Source: Planctomycetota bacterium
Lineage (GTDB): Bacteria > Planctomycetota > JAJSAM01 > JAJVHW01
Direction: 5' to 3'
Length of the DNA: 64,000 nucleotides
Assembly (NCBI GenBank): GCA_965248445.1
Contig: CBDFJG010000004.1
Location: 992,001 to 1,056,000 of the forward strand
Within the stretch, counting starts at the first letter, position 1, and the number at the start of each line of letters is the position of its first letter. The notes under the pieces are model-generated. The model saw only the letters and a program-made list of their open reading frames with translations. It had not been told where the DNA came from and made no database searches. Both the position numbers and the translations under genes were made by a program. This document shows positions 9,646 to 19,231 of this stretch, piece after piece.

Positions 9646-10287
9646 ATGCGCCGTTCGAGACTCGCCAGACTGCTTCCGGTGTTACTCGCGCCCTGCATGT
9701 TGGTCGCGGCTGGTTGCGCGACGTCATCCTCCCGTGCGCCGCGGCTCGAGGAACGGGTCATCCGCTTCGACTCGCACGCTGATCTCGACGACTGGCACGT
9801 CACGGCGGGTGAGTGGACGGTCGATGGCGGGCGTCTGGTGGGGCGCAGCCTCGATCCCTCCGGAGGGGTGACGGACGAGTACGCGACGCATCGGACGTAC
9901 TGGGGCGAGATCGAGCGCGTGATCGTGCGAGGTGGTCTGGACGCCGGGTCACCAAACAACTTCCGGATGGCGGTGGGTGCCGCGGCCCAGCTCTTCAACT
10001 GGGAGCGAACCCCGGCGAGCTGGTTCGAGCTCGGGCACCACGACCAGCAAGTCAGCGGCGCCCTGATGACCCCCGGACAGGAGCACGAGATCGTGCTGGA
10101 GCAGATCGACGACCGCATCCGCATCGTCGTGGACGACCGCACGATCTGGGAGCACCGCGGCCGGATGCGAGGACCGCTGACGCTGCACCCGAGTTTCGGT
10201 AGCACTCTATGGGTGCGCGAGATCGTGATCCGTGGCCGGCCCGTGCCCTGGATCCAGGTCGACGGTCCCGACGTCCCGATCATGTGA
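9646..10287 (+). CDS. Lipoprotein with ConA-like/DUF1080-like beta-sandwich domain
   Basis: ATG after GGAGGAGG; lipobox VAAGC; DLDDWHVTAGEWTVDGGRLVG resembles DUF1080-type N-termini. Confidence 0.6.
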   Translation: MRRSRLARLLPVLLAPCMLVAAGCATSSSRAPRLEERVIRFDSHADLDDWHVTAGEWTVDGGRLVGRSLDPSGGVTDEYATHRTYWGEIERVIVRGGLDAGSPNNFRMAVGAAAQLFNWERTPASWFELGHHDQQVSGALMTPGQEHEIVLEQIDDRIRIVVDDRTIWEHRGRMRGPLTLHPSFGSTLWVREIVIRGRPVPWIQVDGPDVPIM

Positions 10288-10463
10288 GCCCAGGCTGCGT
10301 TGCCGGGGTTGCCAGGCTTGCGGGGAGGCGCCTAGGGGCGGGCCGCTCTGAGATTGTGCGCTCCGCAGCGCGTCTTCCGCGTTCACTAGGACTCGGGATC
10401 GCACGTCTCGACGGTGTGGCCGATCCGAATCGCGTTCGTGGTCTGTCGCCGAGGGAGGCGCCG

Positions 10464-10685
10464 TTGGCAAAAAGAGGCGGAAAATTCAACTTCGCGAAGC
10501 GAGCGAAGGAACTGAAGAAGCAGAAGAAGCGGCAGGAGAAGCTCGAGCGCAAGCGCGCCGCGGCGGAGTCCGGCGTACCGGTCGAGGCCGAAATCGTCTC
10601 GCTCGACGATCTGCTCAATCCCCCGCCTCCGTCCGACGAGAAGACCACGACTCCCGACGACGCCGAGGACTCGAAACCGTCATAG
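10464..10685 (+). CDS. Small protein (73 aa) with Lys/Arg-rich N-terminal helix and acidic tail
   Basis: TTG after GAGGGAGG; AKRGGKFNFAKRAKELKKQKKRQEKLERKR. Confidence 0.65.
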   Translation: MAKRGGKFNFAKRAKELKKQKKRQEKLERKRAAAESGVPVEAEIVSLDDLLNPPPPSDEKTTTPDDAEDSKPS

Positions 10686-10711
10686 GCTGACAGGCGTCCC
10701 GTGGCCGATGG

Positions 10712-11299
10712 TCAAGACTGGTTCGCGTACCGCTTCGACCACGCGGTGCGCAGACGGCGGAGCACGGACGGGTAGACGAACCAGCGGCGGAACGGGTCGA
10801 TGACGCGCATGTACCACTTCGTCAATCGGCCTACCGGGCGGACGTAGATCGCCCAGTAGAGGTCGTAACCCGTTGCGCGTTCGTCGAGGGCGAAGACCGA
10901 GAACGCGTGCACGGTGGCGTTCTGGACCTCGGAGATCGCTTCGCGCGGCGTTGCGTGGAGCAAGAAGAACGGGCCGTCGCGTGTGCCGGGCGGGATCAGC
11001 GAGGCCGCCTGCTCCTGCAGCGTCAGTCGGTGCAGGTAGCTGTCGCGTTCCCCGTTGGGCGGCTCACGGTCCCAGCCGAACACTCGGCCGAGTGCACCGC
11101 GGATCGCGAAGAGCGCGCGCACGAACACGCTTGCGGTTGCGGTGGAATCCGACAGGACCAGCGCGCGCACGTCGGCGACGGTGCGGCCCGGCCCGCCACC
11201 GTCGAGAGCGACACGCCAGACGTCGTGCAGCGGTACATCCGCCAGCAGCGAGTGTGCGCGCAGCGGGAGTCGTGACAGATCGCTCGGTGAGGTGCGCAT
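10712..11299 (-). CDS. DUF2867-like protein
   Basis: ALFAIRGALGRVFGWD and YMRVIDPFRRWFVYP resemble the DUF2867 family. Confidence 0.65.
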   Translation of the reverse strand: MRTSPSDLSRLPLRAHSLLADVPLHDVWRVALDGGGPGRTVADVRALVLSDSTATASVFVRALFAIRGALGRVFGWDREPPNGERDSYLHRLTLQEQAASLIPPGTRDGPFFLLHATPREAISEVQNATVHAFSVFALDERATGYDLYWAIYVRPVGRLTKWYMRVIDPFRRWFVYPSVLRRLRTAWSKRYANQS

Positions 11300-11371
11300 G
11301 GCCCCGGGTCCAGGAGTCGTTCCTCCATTGTAATGCGGAGGCGACCTGCTCTCTTCCCAGCGGGTGCCCGG

Positions 11372-12142
11372 TCAGTCCTTCGCAGTTGCCTGCGGCTTCT
11401 TCTTCTTGCCGAACATCTTGCGCGCGATCCACATCACCGGGTCGTAGTACCGGTCGACGACGCGCTCCTTGAGCGGGATGATCGCGTTGTCGGTGATGTT
11501 GATGTTCTCGGGGCACACCTCGGTGCAGCAGCGGGTGATGTTGCACATGCCGGAACCCATCTCGTCGCGGATGACGGGAATGCGGTCCGCGGTGTCGAGC
11601 GGGTTCATCTCGAGGCTTGCCAGGCGGACCATGAAGCGCGGTCCGATGAACTTGCTCTGTCCCTCGCGGTCGCGCAGCACGTGGCACACGTTCTGGCACA
11701 GGAAGCACTCGATGCACTTCCTGAACTCCTGCACCCGGTCCACGTCCTGTTGGTACATGCGGTGCTCGCCGTCCGCGTCGCGCGGCTTCGGCTGCAGCGC
11801 GGGGATGCGCTTGTTCTGCTCGTAGTTCCACGAGACGTCGCTGACCAGGTCCTTGACGACCGGGAACGTCTTCATCGGCTGGACCGTGATGGTCTCTTCC
11901 GGTCCGTAGATGTTCATGCGCGTCATGCACGCGAGCCGCGGACGTCCGTTGATCTCCATGCTGCAAGAGCCGCAGCGGCCGGCCTTGCAGTTCCAGCGGA
12001 CAGCCAGGTCACCGGCCGCCTGCGCCTGGATCTGCAGGACGGCGTCGAGCACGACCATGCCCTCCTCCACGTCGGTCGTGTGGGTGACGAAGTCGCCGCC
12101 GCTCGCGTCGCCGCGCCAGATCCGGAATGTGCGGTCAGCCAC
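11372..12142 (-). CDS. sdhB: Succinate dehydrogenase/fumarate reductase iron-sulfur subunit (Sdh1-like)
   Basis: NCKAGRCGSC...LAC [2Fe-2S], CIECFLCQNVC, CNITRCCTEVC. Confidence 0.95.
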   Translation of the reverse strand: MADRTFRIWRGDASGGDFVTHTTDVEEGMVVLDAVLQIQAQAAGDLAVRWNCKAGRCGSCSMEINGRPRLACMTRMNIYGPEETITVQPMKTFPVVKDLVSDVSWNYEQNKRIPALQPKPRDADGEHRMYQQDVDRVQEFRKCIECFLCQNVCHVLRDREGQSKFIGPRFMVRLASLEMNPLDTADRIPVIRDEMGSGMCNITRCCTEVCPENINITDNAIIPLKERVVDRYYDPVMWIARKMFGKKKKPQATAKD

Positions 12143-14012
12143 TGGGGGGCACCTCCCCCTCGGATGGGATGTGATAGTCGGCGCCGACGCGGCCGGCTTC
12201 CAGATCGTCGATCTCGGCGCGGGCGATCTCCGCCAGCGCCGCGGGCGGCTGCGGTCGTTCCACCTTGCGCACCTCCATGCGACCGTCGGGACCCTTGCGG
12301 ATCACGATGTTGCACTTGCCCCACTCTTCGCGCTCGCCCTCGAAGTCGACGCGGGTGTGGGCGCCGCGGCTCTCCTCGCGCAAGAGCGCCGCGCGTGCGA
12401 CGGACTCCGCGGTGCGGCGTAGCGACTGCAGGGCGATGGCCTCGTGCCAGCCAGGGTTGTACTGGCTCGCGCCGTGCGCCTTGACGGAGTCGATCTCGGG
12501 GCCGAGCGCCTCGAGACCGTCGAGGCCCCTCTGGAGTCCCTCGCCCGTTCGGACGATGCCGACGCACTCGCCCATCAGGTCCTGCAGCTTGTCGTGGACG
12601 GCATAGGGGTTCGGGCCGGACTCGCGGTGCAGCGGTGCCGTGGCGCGCCGGAACGCGGCGAGGATCTGGTCGTCGTCCGCCGCCGTGCTCTTGTCGAGCC
12701 CCTTGATGTAGGCGTTGGCGCCCACTCCGGCGAGCCGGCCGAACACGATCAGGTCCGAGAGCGAGTTGCCGCCCAGGCGGTTCGCGCCGTGGAGTCCTGC
12801 AGCGCACTCGCCGCACGCGAACAACCCGGGCACGCGGGTCTCCTGCGTTTCGGCATCGACGCGCACGCCACCCATGAAGTAGTGGAGCGTCGGACCGACC
12901 TCCATGGGCTGCTTGGTGATGTCCACTTCGGCCAGTTCCTTGAACTGGTGGTACATGCCGGGGAGCTTGCGCTTGATGAACTCCGGCGGTCGGCGGGACG
13001 CGATGTCGAGGAACGCGCCGCCGTGCGGCGAGCCGCGCCCGGCCTTGACCTCGGCCGTGATTGCGCGGGCCACCACGTCGCGGGTGAGCAGTTCGGGCGG
13101 GCGGCGGGCGCCCTCGACGCCGTCGAGCCAGCGCTGCGCTTCCTCGATTGAATCCGCGGTCTCGGGTGCGAACCGCTCGGGGATGTAGCGGAACATGAAC
13201 CGCTCGCCCTCGCTGTTCAGCAGGATGCCGCCGTCGCCGCGGACGCCCTCGGTGACGAGTGTCCCGCGCACCGACGGCGGCCAGACCATGCCGGTCGGGT
13301 GGAACTGCGTGAACTCCATGTCCATCAGTTCCGCGCCGGCGTCGTAGGCGAGCGCCAGGCCGTCACCCGTGTACTCCCAGGAGTTGCTGGTGACGCGCCA
13401 CGCCTTGCCGCCGCCGCCGGTGGCGAGGATCACGGCCTTGCAGCGGAAGATCACGAAGCGCCCGGTCTCCCGCCAGTAGGCGGTGACGCCGGCGATGCGG
13501 TCGCCATCCTTCAGCAGTTCGAGCGCGGTGCACTCCATGTGTGCGGTGATGCCCTGGTGCACGCCGCGGTCCTGCAGCGTGCGGATCAGCTCGAGCCCCG
13601 TGCGGTCGCCGACGTGCGCGAGGCGCGGGTAACGGTGTCCGCCGAAGTTGCGCTGGCTGATCAACCCGTCCTTCGTGCGATCGAAGACGGCGCCCCAGTC
13701 CTCGAGCTCACGGACACGAGCGGGCGCCTGCTGCGCGTGCAGCTCGGCCATGCGCCACGTGTTGAGGAACTTGCCACCGCGCATGGTGTCGCGGAAGTGG
13801 ATCTTCCAGTTGTCCCGGCGGTCCACGTTGGCGAGCGCGGCGGCCATGCCACCCTCGGCCATGACCGTGTGGGCCTTGCCGAGCAGGCTCTTGGAGAGGA
13901 GCCCGGTACTGAGACCGAGCGCGCTGCACTCGATCGCGGCACGCAGCCCGGCACCGCCGGCGCCGATGACGACGACGTCGTGCTCGATTGTCTGGATCTC
14001 TTTGACGTCCAT
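12135..14012 (-). CDS. sdhA: Succinate dehydrogenase/fumarate reductase flavoprotein subunit
   Basis: VIGAGGAG, AHTVMAEGG (FAD-attachment His), QFHPTG, TEGVRGDGG, LHYFMGG, HGANRLGGNSL, ESRGAH. Confidence 0.96.
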   Translation of the reverse strand: MDVKEIQTIEHDVVVIGAGGAGLRAAIECSALGLSTGLLSKSLLGKAHTVMAEGGMAAALANVDRRDNWKIHFRDTMRGGKFLNTWRMAELHAQQAPARVRELEDWGAVFDRTKDGLISQRNFGGHRYPRLAHVGDRTGLELIRTLQDRGVHQGITAHMECTALELLKDGDRIAGVTAYWRETGRFVIFRCKAVILATGGGGKAWRVTSNSWEYTGDGLALAYDAGAELMDMEFTQFHPTGMVWPPSVRGTLVTEGVRGDGGILLNSEGERFMFRYIPERFAPETADSIEEAQRWLDGVEGARRPPELLTRDVVARAITAEVKAGRGSPHGGAFLDIASRRPPEFIKRKLPGMYHQFKELAEVDITKQPMEVGPTLHYFMGGVRVDAETQETRVPGLFACGECAAGLHGANRLGGNSLSDLIVFGRLAGVGANAYIKGLDKSTAADDDQILAAFRRATAPLHRESGPNPYAVHDKLQDLMGECVGIVRTGEGLQRGLDGLEALGPEIDSVKAHGASQYNPGWHEAIALQSLRRTAESVARAALLREESRGAHTRVDFEGEREEWGKCNIVIRKGPDGRMEVRKVERPQPPAALAEIARAEIDDLEAGRVGADYHIPSEGEVPPSG

Positions 14013-14846
14013 TCAGTTCCAGGTGTTGAGGTCGGTGATGACGCCCATGGAGACGAGCCGGACGTAGACGTCGGTCAGTCCCACGCCGAACAGACTGACC
14101 CAGGCAAAGTTCATGTGCCGCATGTTCAGCCACGATGCGCCACGCCACGACCGGTAGCGAGCGGTGTTGACACCGCACGACATGCAGTCGTCGTGTCCGC
14201 CGATCAGGTGCCGGAAGGAGTGGCACCCGAGTGTGTACCCACCGAGCAGCGTGGCGTTGGTGAACAGCACCAGCGTGCCGACGCCGATGCCCCACTCACC
14301 GTCCTTGCGTAGCGCGACGAACGCGTCGTAGTAGAGGATCACCACGAAGATCAGTGCGAAGTAGAGCGCGTACCGGTGCAGGTTCTGGAAGACCAGCAGA
14401 CCTGTCTCGCCCTTGTACGGCTTCTTGCCCTTGGCGATCGGCGTCACGGCGCAGCCCGGCGGGGAACCGACGAACGCGCGGTAGTACGCCTTGCGGTAGT
14501 AGTAGCAGGTGAAGCGGAAGGCGCCCGGGAAGGCGAGGATGAAGAACGCCGGGGACGCCGGCAGGAACGATGGCCACCACGACGGCCACGCCCCGAACCA
14601 CGAATGCTCGAGCGGCGCTCCGCCCGCTGCCTCGGGGACGGTGGCGATCACCGGCGAGTAGAACGGGCTGAGGTACGGGCTCGCGTAGTAGTGCTCGCCC
14701 TGGAACGCGGCCCACGTGGCGTAGATGGCGAAGGCACCGAGCACCGCGACGGTGAGACCCGGGCCGACCCACCACCGGTCGGGCCTGACCGTGGCGGCCA
14801 GGCCTTCGGGGTGTCCTCCGATCGAGAGACCTCGAGTGCCCGCCAC
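14013..14846 (-). CDS. Sdh1-type (Rv0249c-like) membrane anchor subunit
   Basis: Multi-TM protein with YLSPFYSP, FRFTCYYYRKAYYR, QNLHRY, GCHSFRH, HMNFAW; abuts the flavoprotein gene. Confidence 0.85.
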   Translation of the reverse strand: MAGTRGLSIGGHPEGLAATVRPDRWWVGPGLTVAVLGAFAIYATWAAFQGEHYYASPYLSPFYSPVIATVPEAAGGAPLEHSWFGAWPSWWPSFLPASPAFFILAFPGAFRFTCYYYRKAYYRAFVGSPPGCAVTPIAKGKKPYKGETGLLVFQNLHRYALYFALIFVVILYYDAFVALRKDGEWGIGVGTLVLFTNATLLGGYTLGCHSFRHLIGGHDDCMSCGVNTARYRSWRGASWLNMRHMNFAWVSLFGVGLTDVYVRLVSMGVITDLNTWN

Positions 14847-14983
14847 GTAAGCTCCTCTGCCCGCCTTGAGCCGCCCATGACCCAGGTCGCGGCGAGGCTA
14901 CGACGCGGCCGCGAAGATCCACAAGTTCATGCGACGTTCCGCCGCGCATTGGCGAAGCGGCGTGACCTACGAGCCGGGGTGAC

Positions 14984-16018
14984 CTAGAAGATCCGCTCGA
15001 GCAGCAGGTTCGCGACGAGTTCGTGAGCGTGCTCGTTCGGGTGGTCGTCCAGCGAGTTCACCCGCAGCTGTTCGCGAGTCTGTCCCGCCCACGCCTCGCG
15101 CAGATCGACCACCGGCACGCCCAGGCTGCTCCAACTCTCCTCGATGCGGTCGTGCCATGCCGCGAACGGATAGTCCGGCCCCCAGTGGGAGATCAGGGGG
15201 AACACGACCACGTCCAGGCCGACGTTCGCGTCGCGGCAGATCCGCTGAAGCGCCCGCATCCGCTCGACCTGCGCGGCGAACCGTGCGGGATCGCGGTGGA
15301 ACAGGTCGAGTTCCGCGAAGTACTGCTCTGCCAGCGTCGTGTCCGTGATCGATGTGCGAATGACCAGGTGGTCGAGCAAGAACGAGTGCGCGCGCAGCGA
15401 GCCCGGCCGCGCGTCCGACCACGGCGCCAGATCGCCGATGCCGCGCGGGAGCAAGTCCTGCACGTCGTTCGGTGCGTACGCGAGGACGACACGGTCCACC
15501 GGGCAGCGCCGCAGCATTTGGGTGAGGATCAGCGTCTCGTCTGCTGTGTGCGCGCCGATCTTCCCGATGTTCCAGACCTCGTACCGGCCGGGTGCCCGGC
15601 GTTCGAGTTCCGCGCGCACGCGATCCGGGAAGCGGTCGTCCAGATTCGGTACGCCGTAGCCCCACGTGAACGAGTCGCCGATGAAGACGATCCGCTCGAC
15701 GCCCGGTGCCTTCTCGATCCGGAACTCGCGGTCGCGCCAGTCGAACGAGTTGAGTTGCTCGTGCTGCGCGAACCACTTGCGCGATGTGAGCGCACCTCCG
15801 TGCCACATCGTCGTGTCGTAGAAGAAGCGGAGATACGTCTCGCCGATGACGATCACCGCTCCGAGCAGCGCGATGACCACGAGCCCGTTCCCGACGATGA
15901 GTTGCAGGCGCGACGGCGACTTGCGGTGCCGCCGGAAGTACATCACCGATGCGAGGAGCGGGACGAACAGAACCAGCCAGTGCAGAAGGTAGTCCACGAT
16001 CGATCCTTCGCCTGGCAC
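14984..16018 (-). CDS. Membrane-anchored SGNH/GDSL hydrolase
   Basis: Two N-terminal TM helices; IGDSFTWG (block I), PND (block III), DDHPN (block V). Confidence 0.85.
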   Translation of the reverse strand: MPGEGSIVDYLLHWLVLFVPLLASVMYFRRHRKSPSRLQLIVGNGLVVIALLGAVIVIGETYLRFFYDTTMWHGGALTSRKWFAQHEQLNSFDWRDREFRIEKAPGVERIVFIGDSFTWGYGVPNLDDRFPDRVRAELERRAPGRYEVWNIGKIGAHTADETLILTQMLRRCPVDRVVLAYAPNDVQDLLPRGIGDLAPWSDARPGSLRAHSFLLDHLVIRTSITDTTLAEQYFAELDLFHRDPARFAAQVERMRALQRICRDANVGLDVVVFPLISHWGPDYPFAAWHDRIEESWSSLGVPVVDLREAWAGQTREQLRVNSLDDHPNEHAHELVANLLLERIF

Positions 16019-16209
16019 GAGCCGATCTTCGGGCCCGTTGCGACGCTCGTCGATCCATTTCGCCGCTGCGCTGCTCAGGTTCGGAGCGCGGAGTGCGGCG
16101 CCGGTACCGCGCTACGGGTTGCTACCGATCGTTGACTTGGCCTGAGAACCCGCACTAGCGTCTCCCGGGCGCCGGCGTCCGCTTTGGTGCTGAGGGGGGA
16201 GCTGATCCG

Positions 16210-16878
16210 ATGCAGGCGGCCCGCGAGATCGACCGGACGACGACGCCCGACGGCGAGACGTTGACGCTGCTCGAACATGCCGGCGACCACATCGTTCGGG
16301 TGGGCGGGCTCACTCTCATGTCGAGCGCGGAGCATCACTCCGAGGAGCAGATGGCGGAGGTCGCGTGCGCGCGACTCGCAGACCGGGCCACAGCGTGCGT
16401 GCTGGTGGGCGGGCTCGGAATGGGCTACACGCTACGGGCGGTGCTCGATCGTGTGCGCGCGGACGCGACGGTCGTCGTCGCGGAACTTCTGCCGGCCGTC
16501 GTCGAGTGGAACCGCGGCCCGTTGGCGCCCCTGGCCGGCCACCCGCTCGCCGACCCGCGCGTGCAGGTCGAGATCTGCGACGTGGTCGATCATCTTGCCG
16601 CGCGTCCGGTGCCCTACGACGCCATCCTCCTCGACGTGGACAACGGCCCCGAGCCGCTCACCACAGACAGCAACGAGCGGCTCTACGGCGGCCCCGGCCT
16701 CGAACGAGTCCGCGCCGCGCTGTCCCCCGGCGGCGTGGTCGTGGTGTGGTCGGCATTCGCGTGTCCGCCCTTCGTGGAGTCGCTGAAGCGCGCGCGACTC
16801 GCGCCCGACGTCGTGCGGGCCCGCGCACGGCGCGGGAAGGGCCCGATGCACACTCTGTATGTCGGCCGCCGTCGGTGA
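16210..16878 (+). CDS. Spermidine-synthase-like SAM-dependent transferase
   Basis: VLVGGLGMGYTL, VVAELLP, DAILLDVDNGP. Confidence 0.8.
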   Translation: MQAAREIDRTTTPDGETLTLLEHAGDHIVRVGGLTLMSSAEHHSEEQMAEVACARLADRATACVLVGGLGMGYTLRAVLDRVRADATVVVAELLPAVVEWNRGPLAPLAGHPLADPRVQVEICDVVDHLAARPVPYDAILLDVDNGPEPLTTDSNERLYGGPGLERVRAALSPGGVVVVWSAFACPPFVESLKRARLAPDVVRARARRGKGPMHTLYVGRRR

Positions 16879-16908
16879 GATTGCGCCGGGTCGGCTAGAG
16901 TCGCCGGC

Positions 16909-17181
16909 ATGTGCCTGGCGGTTCTTCTCGGCCTGATCGTCCCACGTGTGACGCTGGTCCTGCTCTGGCTCCTCACGAACTGGACGGAGGCGCTCCGCCC
17001 CTGGTGGCTCGGACTGCTTGGCTTCTTCATCGTCCCGTTCACGACGCTCGCCTACGTGCTCATTCACCACTGGAGCGGCAGCGTCGAGATGAAGGTGGGC
17101 CATCTGTTGATCCTGGCGGTCGCGTTCGCGATGGACGCCGGCTCGTGGGGCGGCACGCGCGGGGGCAAGGGCAAGTCGTAG
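16909..17181 (+). CDS. Small membrane protein
   Basis: 90 aa, three hydrophobic segments, LLGFFIVPFTTLAY. Confidence 0.7.
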   Translation: MCLAVLLGLIVPRVTLVLLWLLTNWTEALRPWWLGLLGFFIVPFTTLAYVLIHHWSGSVEMKVGHLLILAVAFAMDAGSWGGTRGGKGKS

Positions 17182-17199
17182 CCGCCGGCTGAGCCCTCG

Positions 17200-17862
17200 C
17201 TATGCGTTCGGTTCGGCGTCGTCCTCGCCGGTGAACTCGCCTACCGCCGCGCGTACGTCGTCCGTGACCATCCAGATGACCGCCTTCCAGCGCAGAGAGC
17301 GGCGGCGCTTGTACAGGCAGCAGACGTGTCCGTGACTCCAGACCTCGCGGAGTTCGCCGCGCCGGAACGCCACCTCGATCGCGGGCTCGCGGACGACCGT
17401 GTGCCAGGAGTCGGGGCCGACGGTGTACGTCACGTGGAACGGCGCGACCTCGAGCGTCTTCCGCACGATCTTGCGCGCCGTCCGATCGGAGATGCGGACG
17501 AGCCAGTCATCCCGCATGCGTTCGCGGCCCTTCCAGCCGACGATCAGCGCGAAGTACGACAGCATCCCGAACGCGACGGCGGTGCCACCCCAGCCCAGCA
17601 CGTGTCGGGGCGGGTCATCGCCCGCGAGGATCGTCAAGGTCAGGGCGAGGCTCCCGAGGCAGCCGATGGGCGCAAGCACCTGAATGACGCGGAATGCGAC
17701 GCGGCGGTTCACGAAGCGGATGGTGTTCATGCGGGTCGCGGCCGCCCTGGCGCGTTCCAGCAGGACATGACGGAAGCTCGCCTCGGCTGCGATCACGTGC
17801 TCGCGCGTGACCTCGACCTCGAGCACCACCGGTTCGCCCGAGTTGCTCGAGGAGATGTTCAA
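17200..17862 (-). CDS. Hypothetical two-TM membrane protein (possibly YcxB-like)
   Basis: Two TM helices followed by a soluble beta-rich tail; begins 7 nt after the upstream stop codon. Confidence 0.55.
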   Translation of the reverse strand: MNISSSNSGEPVVLEVEVTREHVIAAEASFRHVLLERARAAATRMNTIRFVNRRVAFRVIQVLAPIGCLGSLALTLTILAGDDPPRHVLGWGGTAVAFGMLSYFALIVGWKGRERMRDDWLVRISDRTARKIVRKTLEVAPFHVTYTVGPDSWHTVVREPAIEVAFRRGELREVWSHGHVCCLYKRRRSLRWKAVIWMVTDDVRAAVGEFTGEDDAEPNA

Positions 17863-17869
17863 GGCGCCG

Positions 17870-19129
17870 CTAGAGCCCCTGCACCCACTCGACCAGGTCT
17901 TTCACCATCGCGTTGAAGTCGGTCCCGTCCCAGGCGCCGGCTGCGGCGCCGGGGTCACCGGTCTCACGCACCGCGTCGAGCGATGCGCGGTACAGCTTGC
18001 GCCACTTCTTCGGGCACTCCTTCGAGCGGAGGAACGCTTGGTGCACGATCAGCATGCCCAGGTCCCCCGGGCCCATCACCTGCGAGATGTTGCGGCGCAA
18101 CTGGGCGTCGAGGCGCGTCGAGCGCGTCGCGACCGAGGTCTTGCGGCGTCTGATCGTCTTCGAGTCCATCTCGTGCGGGTCGTATGCGGGGCGGGGCGCA
18201 AAGGCGAACCACTTCGTCAGTCCGTGTTGCAGCCACGTCGGCGCACTGCCCCCGAACCAGTCGGACAGCGCCTGGGCGACGCCGCAGTACGCGAGCGAAA
18301 GGCCCTCCCGGTCTCCGAGGTCCATTCCCGCCAGAATTGCGACGGCGTCGGCGTGGGGCAGGTAGATCGCCCGGTCGGGGTGTGCCGTGTTCCAGTCGCC
18401 TGCGCGCGCCTGCGCCGCGAATTCGTCTGCGTCGTCGAAGATCCAGAGCACCGGCACGCCCGTGTCGACCGGCTTCCCCTTCATCTCCTTCAGAACCATG
18501 CGCCGCGCAGCCGCGAGGGGTGCCACGACGGCCTTGATCTCCTTGGTCGTCGCGTCGCCGGCCCACACCTCGAACCCGCCGACCTTGCGGGACTTGCTGC
18601 CCGACGGTGGGGCTGCCGGCCCGGGGTCCCGTAGCACTTGCACCGACTCGAAGATCGCGCCGAGTTGCTTCTCGGCGTCGTGATCGCCCTCCGGAGTCCA
18701 GAACTGGGCACGCAACACGATCACAGCGCCCGCCCGTTCGATGCACCGGAACCAGAACGTGTACCGCGGCTCGTGTACGTACGCGCGCTGGATCCAGCCC
18801 TCGCCCGTCTTCGTGGTAGCTCCGAGCGGCCTGGAGTCATCGCCCAGCCGCGCGAGGACCTGGATGCCGCGCCTGCTCTCGCGTGAGACGGAGACGTCGA
18901 TCGTGCACGTGAGCAGGTCGTCGCTCTTGCCCAGACGGCCGGTCCACGCACCGAGTGAGCCTCGCGCCGCCGCGCTCTTGGGCCCCTCCGCCGGTGCGGC
19001 AGCCCAGCCGCTCGGCAACCGAAGCGAGATCAGACCCGTCGGGTCCTGCGCGAGGTCCTGCGCCGCCGCCGGAGTCGGTGCCACGGCCACGGCGAACAGG
19101 AAGACGACGACTCGAGCGGCGCAGGTCAC
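17870..19129 (-). CDS. Exported hypothetical protein with a degenerate gluzincin-like (peptidase MA/DUF1570-like) domain
   Basis: Signal peptide; WIFDDADEF and APTWLQHGL echo the P.WL.EG motif, but no HExxH is present. Confidence 0.55.
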   Translation of the reverse strand: MTCAARVVVFLFAVAVAPTPAAAQDLAQDPTGLISLRLPSGWAAAPAEGPKSAAARGSLGAWTGRLGKSDDLLTCTIDVSVSRESRRGIQVLARLGDDSRPLGATTKTGEGWIQRAYVHEPRYTFWFRCIERAGAVIVLRAQFWTPEGDHDAEKQLGAIFESVQVLRDPGPAAPPSGSKSRKVGGFEVWAGDATTKEIKAVVAPLAAARRMVLKEMKGKPVDTGVPVLWIFDDADEFAAQARAGDWNTAHPDRAIYLPHADAVAILAGMDLGDREGLSLAYCGVAQALSDWFGGSAPTWLQHGLTKWFAFAPRPAYDPHEMDSKTIRRRKTSVATRSTRLDAQLRRNISQVMGPGDLGMLIVHQAFLRSKECPKKWRKLYRASLDAVRETGDPGAAAGAWDGTDFNAMVKDLVEWVQGL

Positions 19130-19231
19130 GCCCCATGCTCACGTACCGCTGCGCCTCCGTCCAGACCGGCCGGGGACGATCTCGCCGCCCGTGATGCTGG
19201 TCGCTGCCGACGGGTCTACTACGCTGGGTGC

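Noticed and set aside
9462..11299. Intact prophage or genomic island at tRNA-Arg
   Set aside because: No integrase or phage genes, and the att-like copy lies only 106 bp from the tRNA end.
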